DNA of 64,000 nucleotides from Microthyrium microscopicum. Taxonomy: Eukaryota. Made by a program: the position numbers and the translations under genes. This document shows, piece after piece, positions 42,623 to 56,307 of this stretch. Below the pieces are notes generated by a model. It was given only the letters and a program-made list of their open reading frames with translations. It made no database searches and was not told the DNA's origin. Numbering within the stretch: the stretch's first letter is position 1; every line of letters starts with the position of its first letter. The stretch is from NCBI GenBank assembly GCA_010405405.1, contig MU004240.1, forward strand, positions 76,316 to 140,315, in the 5' to 3' direction.

Positions 42623-43256
42623 GCGATCGGATGCCTATTGTGGCTGGGGCTTGTCATAAGCCGAGTTAGAGTTATTCATGAATGATGACTAGATTGATAG
42701 AGCCCATGGGCCTAAAATAAAATAACTAAAGGCATCATTTTCGTATCAAGATGCTAAAATAATGATGATGTGATTATATAAGTTTTCTGATGCCCATGGT
42801 GTCGAATGAAGTGCTCACGATTGAATATGGCCCCCAGGTGCGAGCATTCACAATATATACTCAAAATCCGCAAATAATTGTCAAGACACAAACAGGCGTG
42901 CGAGTGAGGCCCTCGTTTTGATCAAATTTGTGTGCTTGGAGGAATACGGCGCTAGCTGGATCGAGCTCTCACGATGAGCATAACAACAACCATAGCAACA
43001 ACACCGGTTCAACTCCCTCACTAACCATAGATTCCACGACCGAAATAAAGCACCGGGCTTTTGTAATGGTACACCTTCTATACAGTCGAACTGTTTGGGA
43101 GTTGTACCATGAGTTTTTGCTTTTTGGGATGACGGAGTTCGGTAATTTGTTTGTCTCTATATTTTTAGCTATTGGTCTATCAGTAGGGTGGTATATAACA
43201 GAAACCCCGGCGATGACGCCAAGGTGGGAAGTAGGAGTACGCTGTGAACAAGCTGT

Positions 43257-45034
43257 CTATAATCGAGCCGTAATTTTCTCCTGCTTCAACATGGCTTCAG
43301 CCACATTCTTTCGCTGAATTTTGCCAGTCGCCGTTTTTGGCATGATATCAGTAAAGTACACCTTCACGACAGATCAATAACTTGTTTGTAGCTTCATAGC
43401 ATAGAAGCTGAACATACCTTCTTTGGTAGCTTAAACTTAGCCACCTTGTCCGTCATCCACTCCCTCAACTCTTCTCCCGACATCTGTGTTCCTTGCTTCA
43501 GTACCACCGCGATCCCAATATCCTGCCCAAAATGCTCGTCCGCAATCGCAAAGCTTACTGCCTCACCCACTGACGGATTTTGCACTAGCACATTATCCAG
43601 CTCAATCGGGCTAATCTTCTCACCACCCTTGTTAATCAACTCCTTGATTCGACCTGTCAGAAATAGGTATCCATCCACATCCATCTTGCCTTGATCGCCA
43701 GTTCGGAAGTAGCCATCGGCCGTGAAACTGCTCTCGTTTGCTGATGGATTGTTCAAATAGCCAGGCGTCACATTGGGACCACGGATACAGACTTCGCCCT
43801 CGCCACCCTGAGGTACTGCTTTACCAGCAGCGTCAAGGATACGCACGTCAACTCCTTGGCCTTTGCCGACACTGCCGGGCATGCGTTTGGCAGGGGGTAG
43901 TGGATTGGAAGTCATCTGATGGGCGGCTTCAGTCATGGCATAGGCTTCGAGAACCGGTGCTTCAAAAGTCCTTTCGAGGTCGTGAAAGACTTTAGGACTG
44001 AGTGGTGAGGAGCAGGAGCGGATGAAGCGGATATTGGGAACGGGTGATGGCTTGGGCGACTTTAATAAGATCTGATGGATAGTTGGGACCGCAGTATACC
44101 AGGTGGCGTGGTGATTGATGAAATCCTTCCAAAATTCAGAGGCGGAGAAGCGAATGGGGACGATGACTGATCCGCCGGTCGATAGTGGTGCGAGGAAGCC
44201 TGCCAGTAGGCCGTGGACGTGGAACAGGGGCATCACGAGAAGAGTTCTGTCAGCTTTGGTGAGTTGATATGTGTTTTGAATGTTCTCTGATGGTCTTGTT
44301 AGTTTCTGGAATTTTGAGATAGATGAATACTTATCAACTTACGCATCGTTCTCGTGAGGTTGGCATGTGTTAACGGCACAGCTTTCGGTCGACCGGTAGT
44401 ACCACTTGTATGAAGAACCAAGGCAACGTCGTCTGGCCGAGCTGTTGAAATTGATACTGGCCCATTACTTTGAAGTTTCCCTAGCTCTTTCATGTCCAAT
44501 ACTATCTCGTTGCCATCCCAATAGCACTCTGCTATGGCAGCTTGGAACGTCTTGCCAGCTTTCACAGCATCAGCGTTCTGAGAGTATGCTCCCTTTGGTA
44601 CAAGAAGAAGCGCTGATTTGAGATCATCAATATAGAATTCGAATTCACCCTGTTTGTATGCAGGGTTCAGCGGAGCCGCAATGCTAAATATCCTTGTCAG
44701 CCATCATGTTCATAAGTCACGACTGTGACGATCATCTTACCCACGTTGCCACGAAGTTGCGAGAAACGACACCTACAAGACGTCAACCAGTCAGAAGGAG
44801 GTTCAATAAGTTTTTCTAGTAATAAGTGCGGCCTCTTACTATGAATTCCAGGCTATTGGGTAGGGCTATTGAAACGGCAGATTGAGGGCCAATGCCGGCT
44901 GCAGCTAGCTTGGCTTGAAATTGTGTGCATTGTGACACTAACTGCTGGTACGACAGCACAATAGGATTGGGACTACCTGGCACAATAATAGCAGTGTCGG
45001 AGTTTTGAGGTAGAGCGTTAGCTAAAGTAGACAT
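43257..45034 (-). CDS. PCS60: Peroxisomal acyl-CoA (oxalate-CoA) ligase, AMP-binding family
   Basis: LHTSGTTGRPK, MPLFHVHGL, EAYAMTE, FRTGD, GRIKELINKGGEKISP, KTATGKIQR; C-terminal PTS1-like ARL*. Confidence 0.9.
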
Positions 45035-46524
45035 TTTGTTGTTGATGCCTTGAGAACAGTGACGGCGTTTGGAGATCAAATGGAAGGATAATGAGGCTCT
45101 GGCCAATGATCAGGGGTTAAGTACTAGGAACAGAGGTTGGAACGAGCTGCTGATGAAGACTTTCACGATCGGGGAAAACGGCCTTGATATAGATATGGAG
45201 TAGTGTAGCAATCAGCAGTGTTTGATGGAATTGACGTGGATAGAAACCACGGATATAAGGAAGGTCGAAGACGAGAATAGACGAAATATCGGGGGAGGTT
45301 CGGAAAAGCAAGGAGGGAAGCAGGCCAACGATAGCAGCGGAAGGGAGTTGTCACTCGTGCCTTGCGACAATTTGCACTTGAGCAGCAAAAGCAGCCTCGT
45401 TCAACAATCAGCAGCCAGTCGCATTTTGCAGAAAAAGTAAAATTTGAACAACGCGAGCCCAGCATCAGCATGAAATCTGTACTCTCGTCATATTGATCAG
45501 CATCTGCATAATCAGAAGCAAGCGGTGTAGTAGTTGTATGTTAAAGAGCAGACGATATCGATCGATAATCAGCCATCTTCACTATCAAAATCTTGCTGCA
45601 TAATGGGGAGGGTTAGCTGCACCTTTTCCGACTTTTTTGTTTCGTATCCGAAAGCACGAATCTGAACTACAAAGAGCCTTAGCGTAAGCCTCATTATCAT
45701 AGCCTAAGCTATAGCTCTTTTGAAAACAGAGTCAAGCTAAGCTAGCCGAAAGATATAAGCCAATAGTAATAGAGAGCTAAGAGAGATAGACAAGGCTAGG
45801 CTACGGTAGGTTAGAAAACGCCCTTTCCAAAGCCAAAATTGTGCTTAAATGTTGCTCTAAGGCCTTAAGCTGAGCTCAAAGCCCTAGAGCAGCTTTTTGG
45901 CAGGTTAACTTCTTTAGGAAGGGATTAAACGTACCGGAATACTCCGAGGTAGCAGGATTTGAGCAGCTAACCCTCCCCAATAACGTAGGGGACCCAGATC
46001 TCGTCAGACCCACTTCCCGTCACCCTAATTTGTATAGAGCCTCACCAAAAAGTAATGTATTTCAAATAGATATAATTCAACGACTAATAGCTAGAATTAA
46101 ATATCGTTTAAAATCCCTTATACTACATTTTCGTAGCTTTTAAGTAGTTATAATAATAAGGTCTATAATTCTTAAAAGGATAAGTAGGAGAAGATTTAAA
46201 AAAACCTATAGTAAAGTAACTAAAAATATCTTAATAACGATAAGGTATTATATAGCGAAAGCTATATCGTTATATAGCTCTTTCTCTTAGGATTCTAGAA
46301 ATATAATAAAATTTATATAAATGTTAAGAATAAAGCCTCTAAAAGTAATAAATAGTTTTAAAAAGGAATAATATAACGAATTATAAATAACTTCTTAAGT
46401 TAGTATAAATATTAGACTTTCTTTAGTATTTTAGAATCTAGAGAATAAGACTTATCTAATAATATAACTTTTGTCCTATAATATCTAGTTATTTAAAAGA
46501 TATTTTTTATTACTTTACTATAGA

Positions 46525-46686
46525 TATTAGGGGTTAAACTCTCTAAAGCTATGCCCGTTTAAACTATCTCTATTATATATAAATACCTTAATTAAAGAGT
46601 CTCTTAACTCTTCTTTCTCTCTAAATTACCTTCCTATTTAGTAAGCTTATAATATAACTTATCTTTTTATTATCTAATCTATAATA
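46525..46686 (+). repeat. 5' LTR
   Basis: Direct repeat of 53942-54103, differing only by transitions. Confidence 0.93.
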
Positions 46687-49600
46687 TTAGGTAACTTTAA
46701 AACTAACCCTTTTTTTTATCTACTTCCTCTCTATCTATTAATAAATAGCTAGAATAGTAGACTAAGATTCCTTTTATTTAATAACTACTAGATAAGATAA
46801 AGAAATATTTTTTAAGAACTTTACTTATAAGAATATAGAAGTATACTTTACGTATATTAATTAATAATAAATAGAGCTATAAAACTACTTAGATATATCT
46901 TAAGAGGTAACTAATAATAGCTTATAATAAGTAATAAATAGTATTTTACTACTTAATAATACGCTTAATTTATCTATCTTATAATTATATATAACTACTA
47001 CTAGTTATAAATAAGCTCTATAATAACTAAATAGGTTAACTAATAAAATTTATATATAATTAAATAAAAATATATAATAGATTATAGTAGTCTATACTAA
47101 ACTTTAGGCTTAAGTTAATAGCTAGAATAAATAGCTTACTAATATCTATATTAGTAGTAAGATCCTTATATAATAAGTAAATAATATTATCTATAAGATA
47201 CTAACTTAATAGTAGTAGTAAGAATAGGAATAACTTTAGAGAAAATTTATAACGCCTAATATAACTTTTTCTTTAATATTAGCTATACTCTTTACTAAAA
47301 AAACTTCTAACTATAGCTATTACTCTTTTCTAATTTTATAAGCTAATTTTCCTTAAACTCTAATTATAATAGCTAGACTAGTAGCCTCTCCTTTATCTCT
47401 TTTAATAAATCTTTTAGCTACTTAATATAAGTTACTTTAACTACTACTATAAAACCTCTAACTAACTTTCTTAAACTTAGAATAATATTTATATAAAGAC
47501 TTAACTTTTTACTCTAGTTTTTACTAAATAATTAAAGCAAAATTATATATTAATAAATAGATTTATATAAATAACTATATCTAAATTTACTATATATTTA
47601 GCTAGCTTATAGGAGATACTACTTAATAAGTTCTTTTCTAGATTTAGAATTCTACTAGCTATAATATTATAAGTTTTAGTAAGTTTATAGAATAAATAGA
47701 CTTTCTCTTCTATAACCTATATAAAGAAATAAGAGCTTTAGTAAACTTTTAAGGAATTTAGTAAAGAAGTAAAGAATAGAGAATCTTTTAGACTAAGTTT
47801 TAGTAATATCTTATCTATACTAGAGTATAATTTTAAGCTAATTTTATTTAGATATAATTCTTAGAAAACGCTATAGATTTTAGTCTTAGAATAGTTTTAA
47901 TTACTTATTCTTAGCCTAATAATTTAAATACCTTTACTTAAGAAGCTTTAGAGACTTAGGATTAAATAGTTTAAGCCTATATAAGTTATTATAGCTTAAG
48001 AGGCCTAAGCGTTAAAATAAGTACTTAGTAAAGTTAACTATTTAGAAATTAGGACTTAGACGTAATAGAAGGTATCTAAGTTAAAGCTAGCTAAGCCTAG
48101 CATAATTATTATAAGTAAAATAACCTTTATTTTTACTATAGCTTAACTAATTATAGAATTTAGAATTATAAATAGATACTTTAAGTATTATTTAGAAGTT
48201 AGAATTTCTTCTATAGCTAGGCTAGCTATAGATAAGGATAAGGTAGAGGAAGTACTACTAAAGATAGATACCTATAGAATAATACTAATAAATTCTAGGC
48301 TAGTACTATTAATACTTTAAATATTCCTTAGAGTAGCTAGCTAGTAAGAGCTACTACTACTTAATTAAGAAATAATAATTCTTATAATAATCTATATAAT
48401 GTTACTAATATAGAATTAGAAAATTAGTAAGCTTAAATTAAAAATATAATACTAAGCTAGAAAATTATAAAAATATTATTTTAAAATAGTATTAGAAGTT
48501 CTTTACTTAAAATATAGTTATAAAGCTCTTTTTAATACCTTTAATAGTAAATTAACTTTCTTTATATATAGGCTTTATTAATAGTAGCTATTTAACTTAT
48601 TCTTTTATAAGTCTCTACTTTATTTAAAGATATAAACTTAAACGTATATTACTACCTTAGGTAATTCTTATTAAAAAGATAAATAGTAAGGCTAGAGAAA
48701 TTTATAAAATAGTAATTATAAAGATTAATATTAAAGGCTATAAAGAAACTATTTAAGCCTTTATAGTAAAAGAGACCCTAAGCTATAATATAATCCTTAG
48801 CCTACCTTAAATAAAAAAATAAAATATTATTCTCTATATAAAACTTAAGAAGCTAGTCTTTAATAAAATAGGTTATATAGTTATAAGTCTAAAGACTCCT
48901 TAGAAGAAATATAACTATATAGCGATTAGAGCTATAGTATTTAAAATACTTACCTAATAAGCTAGAAAATAAGTAAGATAGTTTTAAGAAGGCTTAATAT
49001 TAATTATATAAGTCTTTACTATAAGTCTTTATAACTTATAAAAAGTCCTAGCTCTAAAGAAGTATATTAACTCTTATAGGAAGCTTCTTAAATAGTATTT
49101 AGATTACTTTAATCTTTTTTAAAGAGAGCTAGCTAATAAATAGCTACTTATCTAAGGCTCTTTTATAGACTATAAAATTAACTTAATCTTAGACGCTAAT
49201 AGAAAGGAACCTTAGTTACCTTAGTAGATATTATACTTTATAAATTAGAATAAATTACTAGCTCTTAGAAGAATCTTTAATAATTTACTAAAAAGTAGGT
49301 TTATTTAAGTAAGTAACTTACCTATTAAAGTATTAGTTCTTTTTATTTATAAAGTAGATAAATTAATTTAGTTTTATTATAACTACTATGTATTAAATAA
49401 GTTAATTATAAAAGATTATTACTTCTTATTACTTATTTATAAAATACTAAATACTTTAGAAAAAGTATAATAGTTTATTAAGCTAAATATATTTTAAGTA
49501 TTCTATAAGATTTAGATATATAAAAGTAATAAGTAGAAGATAGCTTTTTAAATATAATATAGCTTATTTAAATAAATAGTAATATTATTTAGGTTATTAA

Positions 49601-52600
49601 ATACTCTAAGTACTTTTTAGAAGTTTATTAACTCTATTCTTTAGAATATTTTAGATAACTATATTTCTATATACTTAAATAATATCTTAATCTTTAGCTT
49701 AGGTACTAGGAAATAATATAAGGTTTACGTTTATAAAGTCTTTAAATAGCTATAAAAAGTAGAACTTTACTTTAATATTTAGAAGTATAAATTTATAACT
49801 ACTTAGATAATATACCTAAGCTATATTATTAAGGCTAAATAAAGAATCTTAATAGATTTAGCTAAAGTTAAAGTAATCTAAGAATAAGAGGCTTTTAAAA
49901 ATATTTATAGAGTTTAAGCTTTTCTTAGCTTTACTAACTTCTATTATAAGTTTATATTAAACTTTTAAATAATTATAGAACCTCTTATTTAATTTACTTA
50001 GAAAGATGTTCTCTTCTTATTTAAAGACTTAAAAAGAGCTACATTTAAAGAGCTAAAATAGCTCTTTATTATTAACTAAATACTAGCCTTATTTAACTAT
50101 AATAGAGAGACTTTTATTTATATTAATTTTTTTAGTTACTTTTTAGGAGCTATACTAGTATAAAAGAATAAAATAGATAAGTTTTAACTAGTAGTCTATT
50201 TTTCTAAAAAGTATAACTTTACTTAAAGTAACTACCTAATTTATAATAAAGAGATACTTATAATTATATTTACTTTAAAAGAATAGGACTTAAAACTATA
50301 AGTAGTAAAGAAGTTTAAAGTAATATTTAATTATAAAAACCTAGAGTATTTTATAAAACTATAGAAGTTTATAAAAAAGTACGTTTAATAATCTATTAAA
50401 CTTATAAAGTATAATATAATAATTAAGTATTAACTAAGCTTATAAAATAGCGTAGTAAATAATCTCTCTTATTATAAATAAGATATATCTTAGGACGTAG
50501 CTAATAAGAAGATCTAAGCTAGAACTTTTTAACTACTTTATACCTAAAAAAATTAATTACTTAAACTACTATAAGCTTTACTTATTTATATTACTACTCT
50601 TTTTATAGTAATTAAAAATAAATTAGTAAAGACTTTACTAGCTAATAAAGCTTTAATTTCTAGCTTATTATTACTAATACTAAACGTTCCTAAATTATTA
50701 GTAACTTAGTAGAATAAGGTAGTATAAGCTAATAATACCTATTAAGTAGCTTATTAAATAATTAAAGTTAGAGAATAAAAGTTTCTCTTATTAATTATAA
50801 GTATTAAGATCTCTATTCTTAACTACTTAATTAATAGTAAGAATTACTTTTATTAGAAAGAATAACTATAGATCCTAAATCTAGAACCTCTATAAATAGT
50901 AATATTATAAGTAGCTTATATATTCTTAACTTAAGGCTATTCTAGCTATAAAGGCACTTACTAAGCTTTATAGTTATACTTTTTTTAGCCTAGAATTATA
51001 GCTAATATAAGACATTTTATAAGAAATTATAGTATATATAGCTAATTAAAAATTAGTTATAAGTAGAAAAGAAGCTTCTTAAAGCCTTTACTTATCCTAA
51101 GCTAATAATAATAAGAACTATTTATAAATTTTATAATAGACTTCCCTCTATTAAATAGATATATAATCTTAATAGTTATTATTAATTAGCTAAGTAAAGA
51201 AGTAATCTTAATCTCTCTTACTTAGAGAGAAGCTAAAAACGTTATAGCTATTTTCTTATAACGTATCTATTCCTTTTATAGTATTTCTAATATAATTATT
51301 TATAATTATAACCTAGTATTTATAAAAGACTTTTAGATAAAGTTCTATATACTATTATAAATAAAGCTATAATTATTAACTATATTTTACTTTTAAATAG
51401 ATAGCTCTATAGAATAGTAAAACTTAGATATTAAAACTAAAGTATAAATATATATAAATTATATATAATTAAATTAGTTCTTACTAATATTAATACTTTA
51501 ACTTATACTTAACTTATAATACTTATCTATAATAGAACTTTTACCTTTCTTTCTATTCTATAGCTTTAAAAACTCTACCTTCTTAGACTTTTTTAAGTAA
51601 GCTTCTTTATCTAAATAGAAGAATACTTTAAAAGAGAAAGAAAAAGAAGTTACTTATATAATTTTAAAAGTTATAGAATAGGCTTAAGATACTATAATCC
51701 TTACCTAAGAAAGAATATAAGAATAAGCTAATTAAATAAGAATTTAAACGCCTAAGTATAAAGTTAGTAATTAGGTTTAGCTAGACCTAAAGAATACTAA
51801 GACTAAATAAGTAAAGAAGAAGTTTAATTATTATTACTCTAAGTTTTAAGTTATAAAGATAGTAAGTTTATATATAATTATACTAAATATACTATAAAGA
51901 ACTAAAAAATTCTATATTAACTTACTTAGACTAGTAATAAATAACTTATTCCTAAGTTAAGATACTAATAATTCTTATCTACTATTAATCTTAGTTAAGA
52001 ACTTAGATAAAGAGGAATAAGAGAAATAGCTAGTAAAGAAGATTATAACTAAAAAATATAAAAAGATAATAAAGAGTAAACTCTATATAATTTATATTAT
52101 TAAATAGATAGGTTATTTAGATATAATAGAAGAATTAATTAACTTTATTAAATAGTTAAAAGCCTACGTAAAGTAAATAAAGAAGATAAAGTACGTATAA
52201 AATAATTATAAAAGATTAGTACTAAACTAGTCTATTCTTTAAGTATAACTAAGATTAAAAACTAGCTCTCTTATTATAGTAATTAACTTTATAGAGATAT
52301 AATTAGAGGTACTATTTATAACCTATATATAAAAATACTTTTTTTTTATTTATACTAAGACTTTCTTTCTTACTAAATAAAACTAGAAAATTATAAAAAT
52401 ATAAAAAAACTAAAAAAATAAGATATACCTAATAAACTTTTATTACTAAGGAAGAAAAACTTAAGTAATACCTTAAGGTATAGAAGAACTAAAGTAGATA
52501 GTTAATAATAAAGGATTCTTATCCTCTTTAGTAACCTTCTCTTTATTATTATAAAGATACTTTTTATCTAAGTTAATATTATTATTATAAACGTAGTTTA

Positions 52601-53941
52601 AATATATATTATTATAAAATCTTAAAAGCTAAATATAACTAATATACTATAGCTAATTCTTAGAATTAGAATAGCTAATATAGTAAGTATAACGCTACTT
52701 TTTATAAACCTTAGTCTTTTTAAGTTATAAGATATCTATATAATAAATACCTAAGGCCTTAAGATAACTAGCTTAGCTACTAGTTAACTAAATTATAGTA
52801 AAGGTACTCTAATAGATTATAATATTATGAACGTTAGGCTATAAACTATTAGTAAACCCTTTAGAGGAGGCGTTTAATAAATTAAGATAGTTATTAGAGG
52901 AATTAGGAGAATAGTTAGCTATAGTATAAATAGCTTTACTTTATAAATACGTTAGTACGAACTAAGAAAAATAAAGGAAATATATATAGTCTAGTTAATA
53001 TAAAGTATCTTAAATAAAGTATAGTTTTGTAAATTATAGTAGTTAATAACTATATATATCTTTTTATAGATAAAAGTAGTTAGTAAATAAGGACTTAAGT
53101 TATAAATAATATTATTCTAGTAATAAAGTAGAACTTAGGTAAGAGTATAAAAGCCCTTATTTACGTTATTTTAATAAGCTTTATGTATAGCTACCTTATA
53201 TGTAGTAGGTAAATAAGGTTAAGGAGTATTATAATTAGTAACGTATATATAAGGAGAAGTAATAGTAATAAGGATATAACTATTAAAGCTAATAGTATTA
53301 TTAAAAGTATTAATAATTAGAGTAGCTATCTCTATATAGTTAGTAAGGCTATAGCTATTATAACAAATAACTTACTTAATTAATTAATTAATTAATAAAT
53401 TAATTAATTAAGTAATTAATTAATTAATTAGGTAAGGAAGAAGAAACTTAATAAGGACTAATTAGAAGAGAAGAAGCTTATTTAAAGTATAATAAAAGAA
53501 GAATAGTTAACTTTATAAAATAATATTACTTTATACCCTCTAAACGTATAAGTAAAAGTATAGTAACTTAACTATAGTTATATTCTTTTAATCTTATCTT
53601 TTAATATTATAATAAAGCTCTAACTAAGTATAAATAAGATAACCTACTAATTAAGTAACTTTTATAAGATTATAATTAAAAAGAACTAATATTATACGCT
53701 AAGAAAGGGGCCTTATACCTAGAATTTAGTTTAAAATAGGTAAAATACTAGTATAGAACTAATAGTTAATAACCTAAGCTTTATATTTTATACTTAAAAG
53801 TAAATATATAAATCTATACGTTATAAATAAAAGCTTTATTATAAACTATAAGAATAGTAAGTATTAGATATAGCTAGATAAGATTAAAATCTTATAATTA
53901 ACTTAGTATTTTAGCTAGAATTTTTTAGATAAGAGAAGTAA

Positions 53942-54103
53942 TATTAGGGGTTAAACTTCCTAAAGCTATACTTATTTAAACTACTTCTATTATATATAAA
54001 TACCTTAATTAAAGAGTCTCTTAACTCTTCTTTCTCTCTAAGTTATCTTCCTATTTAGTAGGCTTATAATATAACTTGTCTCTTCGTTATCTAACCTATA
54101 ACA
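53942..54103 (+). repeat. 3' LTR
   Basis: Direct repeat of 46525-46686; ends ...ACA; preceded by purine-rich aagagaag (PPT-like). Confidence 0.93.
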
Positions 54104-54570
54104 ATAGAGATTTTTTAACCTTTAATTTTAGGTTAATAAGACATAATACTCTAGCAAAAACCTAATAGCTTAAGAGATCTATCTTAGACTTATAAGCTCT
54201 TTAAATATTTAATAATTCTATCGTAAGGTGATTAAGTATTAAATATCTCAAAAGAGCTATTTTGGGTATAGAAGGGGTGACGAGAAGTGGGTCTGACGGG
54301 ATCTGGGTCCTCTACGTTAAGCTGTCTCAAAAAATTAGCCCAAACCCCTGCGTACTCCGTAGATCTAAACTGACAGGGGTTCCTTCCCGAAGTGCCAGAT
54401 CCGACATGTCTTGGCGTGGCTCTCGTGGGTGCAGTCCGAGGTCATTTTCTCAACACCAACTCCATTTACACCACCACTTCATCAAAGCCTTACTTTGGCC
54501 TAATCACCATCTAATAAATCTTTTGACCCGATATCGCCTTCGACACCTTCCTCCCACGGCAATCACAAGC

Positions 54571-56243
54571 ATGGCCCCTAAGCTATCTCTCTATGCTAGC
54601 TTGCTAGACCCTGAATCCAAACAAGAAGACTCGTCTAAAGATGACGATGCGAGCTCCAAGAAGCAAGCTCTCAATGCCGGTAGACCAATAAATCCCTAGT
54701 AAGGACGTACAATTCATATCGCAGTTTGCTCACATATGCTCTGCTTCTACCTATAGCCCTCCGATTTCAACCTACCAAGAGACCACTTCTGAATGCGCAA
54801 AAACCAAAGCCCAAATTTGTCTCCAAGTTACCTTCCTCCTCCACAGGTCAACCTACCACCTCTCCGGACAAAGGCCCTGCTGCTCCAACTGCTCCACTTG
54901 CTGCGAAAACCTCACTTGCTGATTGGACTGCCGAGGACGATGGCTTTTACTATGAAGAGACTCGTAAACAGCGTGGTGGTCGCAAGAAGCGCAAGAAGAA
55001 CAAGGAGCAGGAACCTGTTGCCCAGAATTGGGACGACTTATATGATCCCGCCCGGCCAAACAATTACGAGGAATATATACATAGTGAGGAGCGAATCCAG
55101 GAGATAAGGGACTGGAAGGAAAGACTCTATGCCCACCGAATCACTCGCCGTGGTAGTAGCAGCCTATCAAGCGATGACGAGCAAAGACCACAAACGAACA
55201 GTGAGAAATTCAAACTCATGAGTATATTTTTACTGATCAAGACTTGTAGCTCAATTTGCACCCCCATCTGCCTACAACTTTGCTCCTCCGAGCTTTGGGC
55301 CGCCAGGTCAATCCACCAATGCTTCATCAGTAGACGTGGACATGGAAGAGTCTGGAGAGGATGCATTTGCTCGACGTATACGCTTGTCGCAGCAACAGAA
55401 TATTCCAGCACCTCCGCCTTCTGATCCAATTCCTCCTCCACCGCCGCCTCCTCCGCCTCCTCCGCCATCCGATCCTGCGCCCTCTCATACTATATCGCGG
55501 GCGCCAGTTCGGTACAGTCTGCCAGACGCACCAACAGAGATTCAAGTTTCACAGACCGAGCTTCATACATTAGAGCAGGAAGGCACCAAAGAAGATACAG
55601 AAGCCATGGAAACCGACGAGCCCGCGCCGCGATCCAATCGTCCAGGCCAGAAAGGATTCGCAGAGCGCCTTATGAACAAATATGGATGGTCGAAAGGCAG
55701 TGGTCTGGGTGCATCTGGTACAGGTATCACAACTGCTTTGAAAGTTAAGGTTGATAAAAGCAAGAACTCTGGTGCTGGTGGCCATGGCAAGATCATTGGC
55801 GGTAAAAGAAAAGATGCTGATGAAGAGGGAAAGTTTGGTCCGATGAGTGAAGTCATCATTTTGAAAGGGATGGTGGATGGTATGGACTTGAATGTCGAAA
55901 TGGGCGCTGATGGCAAGCTTGTCCAAGAAATTGGCGAAGAATGCGGTGAAAAGGTTTGCAATTTGCTGGAATCAATGACAATGACTAACGCCCTATAGTA
56001 TGGACGTGTAGAGCGTGTTTTCATCCACAGAGATTCTCTAGAGGCATCTACACCTGTGTTCATCCACTTTACAAGCCAGCTTTCGGCACTTCGGGTACGA
56101 TCTCGTCGTGGCCGTAAATAGTATTATAAGCTAACTTTTTCTAGGCGGTAAATGCTCTAGAAGGTCGTAATTTCAATGGCAATACGATTCGAGCACGATT
56201 TTATGATACCGAAAAGTTTCAGCAAGGCAATTACAGCGCGTAA
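54571..56243 (+). CDS. G-patch and RRM/UHM splicing factor (SPF45/DRT111-like)
   Basis: MAPKLSLYASLL; DDLYDPARPNNYEEY; G-patch GFAERLMNKYGWSKGSGLG; C-terminal EIGEECGEK|YGRVERVFI...AVNALEGRNFNGNTIRARFY; four introns. Confidence 0.88.
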
Positions 56244-56307
56244 TGCTCACCGAAAATTATTCAAGCCTCTCATATATCAACTGTTGGAATATATTCTGTT
56301 ACCAACT

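Larger units (their letters stand above)
46525..54103 (+). mobile_element. RIP-inactivated full-length Ty3/Gypsy LTR retrotransposon (probable chromovirus)
   Basis: 162-bp LTRs at 46525-46686 and 53942-54103; perfect 5-bp TSD ATAGA (46520-24, 54104-08). RIP-altered pol motifs in Gypsy order: RT YLNNILIFS (~49672, from YLDD), RNase H NYLIYNKEIL (~50230), integrase *IDSSIE (~51395) and chromodomain-like *LVKKI...YIIK*IGY (~52030-52115). Confidence 0.93.
45983..54317. mobile_element. Tc1/mariner (pogo/Fot1-like) non-autonomous TIR element (~750 bp of own sequence) split by a nested LTR retrotransposon
   Basis: TIRs acgtaggggacccagatctcgtcagacccacttcccgtcaccc (45983-) and the reverse complement ending at 54317. 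Both are flanked by TA (45981-82, 54318-19). Confidence 0.88.

Noticed and set aside
42928..43317. 129-aa plus-strand ORF
   Set aside because: Overlaps the PCS60 3' end antisense and has a non-ATG start
53376..53430. (TTAA)n palindromic run
   Set aside because: Low-complexity product of RIP within the retrotransposon
54262..54570. N-terminal extension of ORF 54262-54699 starting inside the TIR
   Set aside because: Non-ATG start; the plausible start is the ATG at 54571 (MAPKLSLY)
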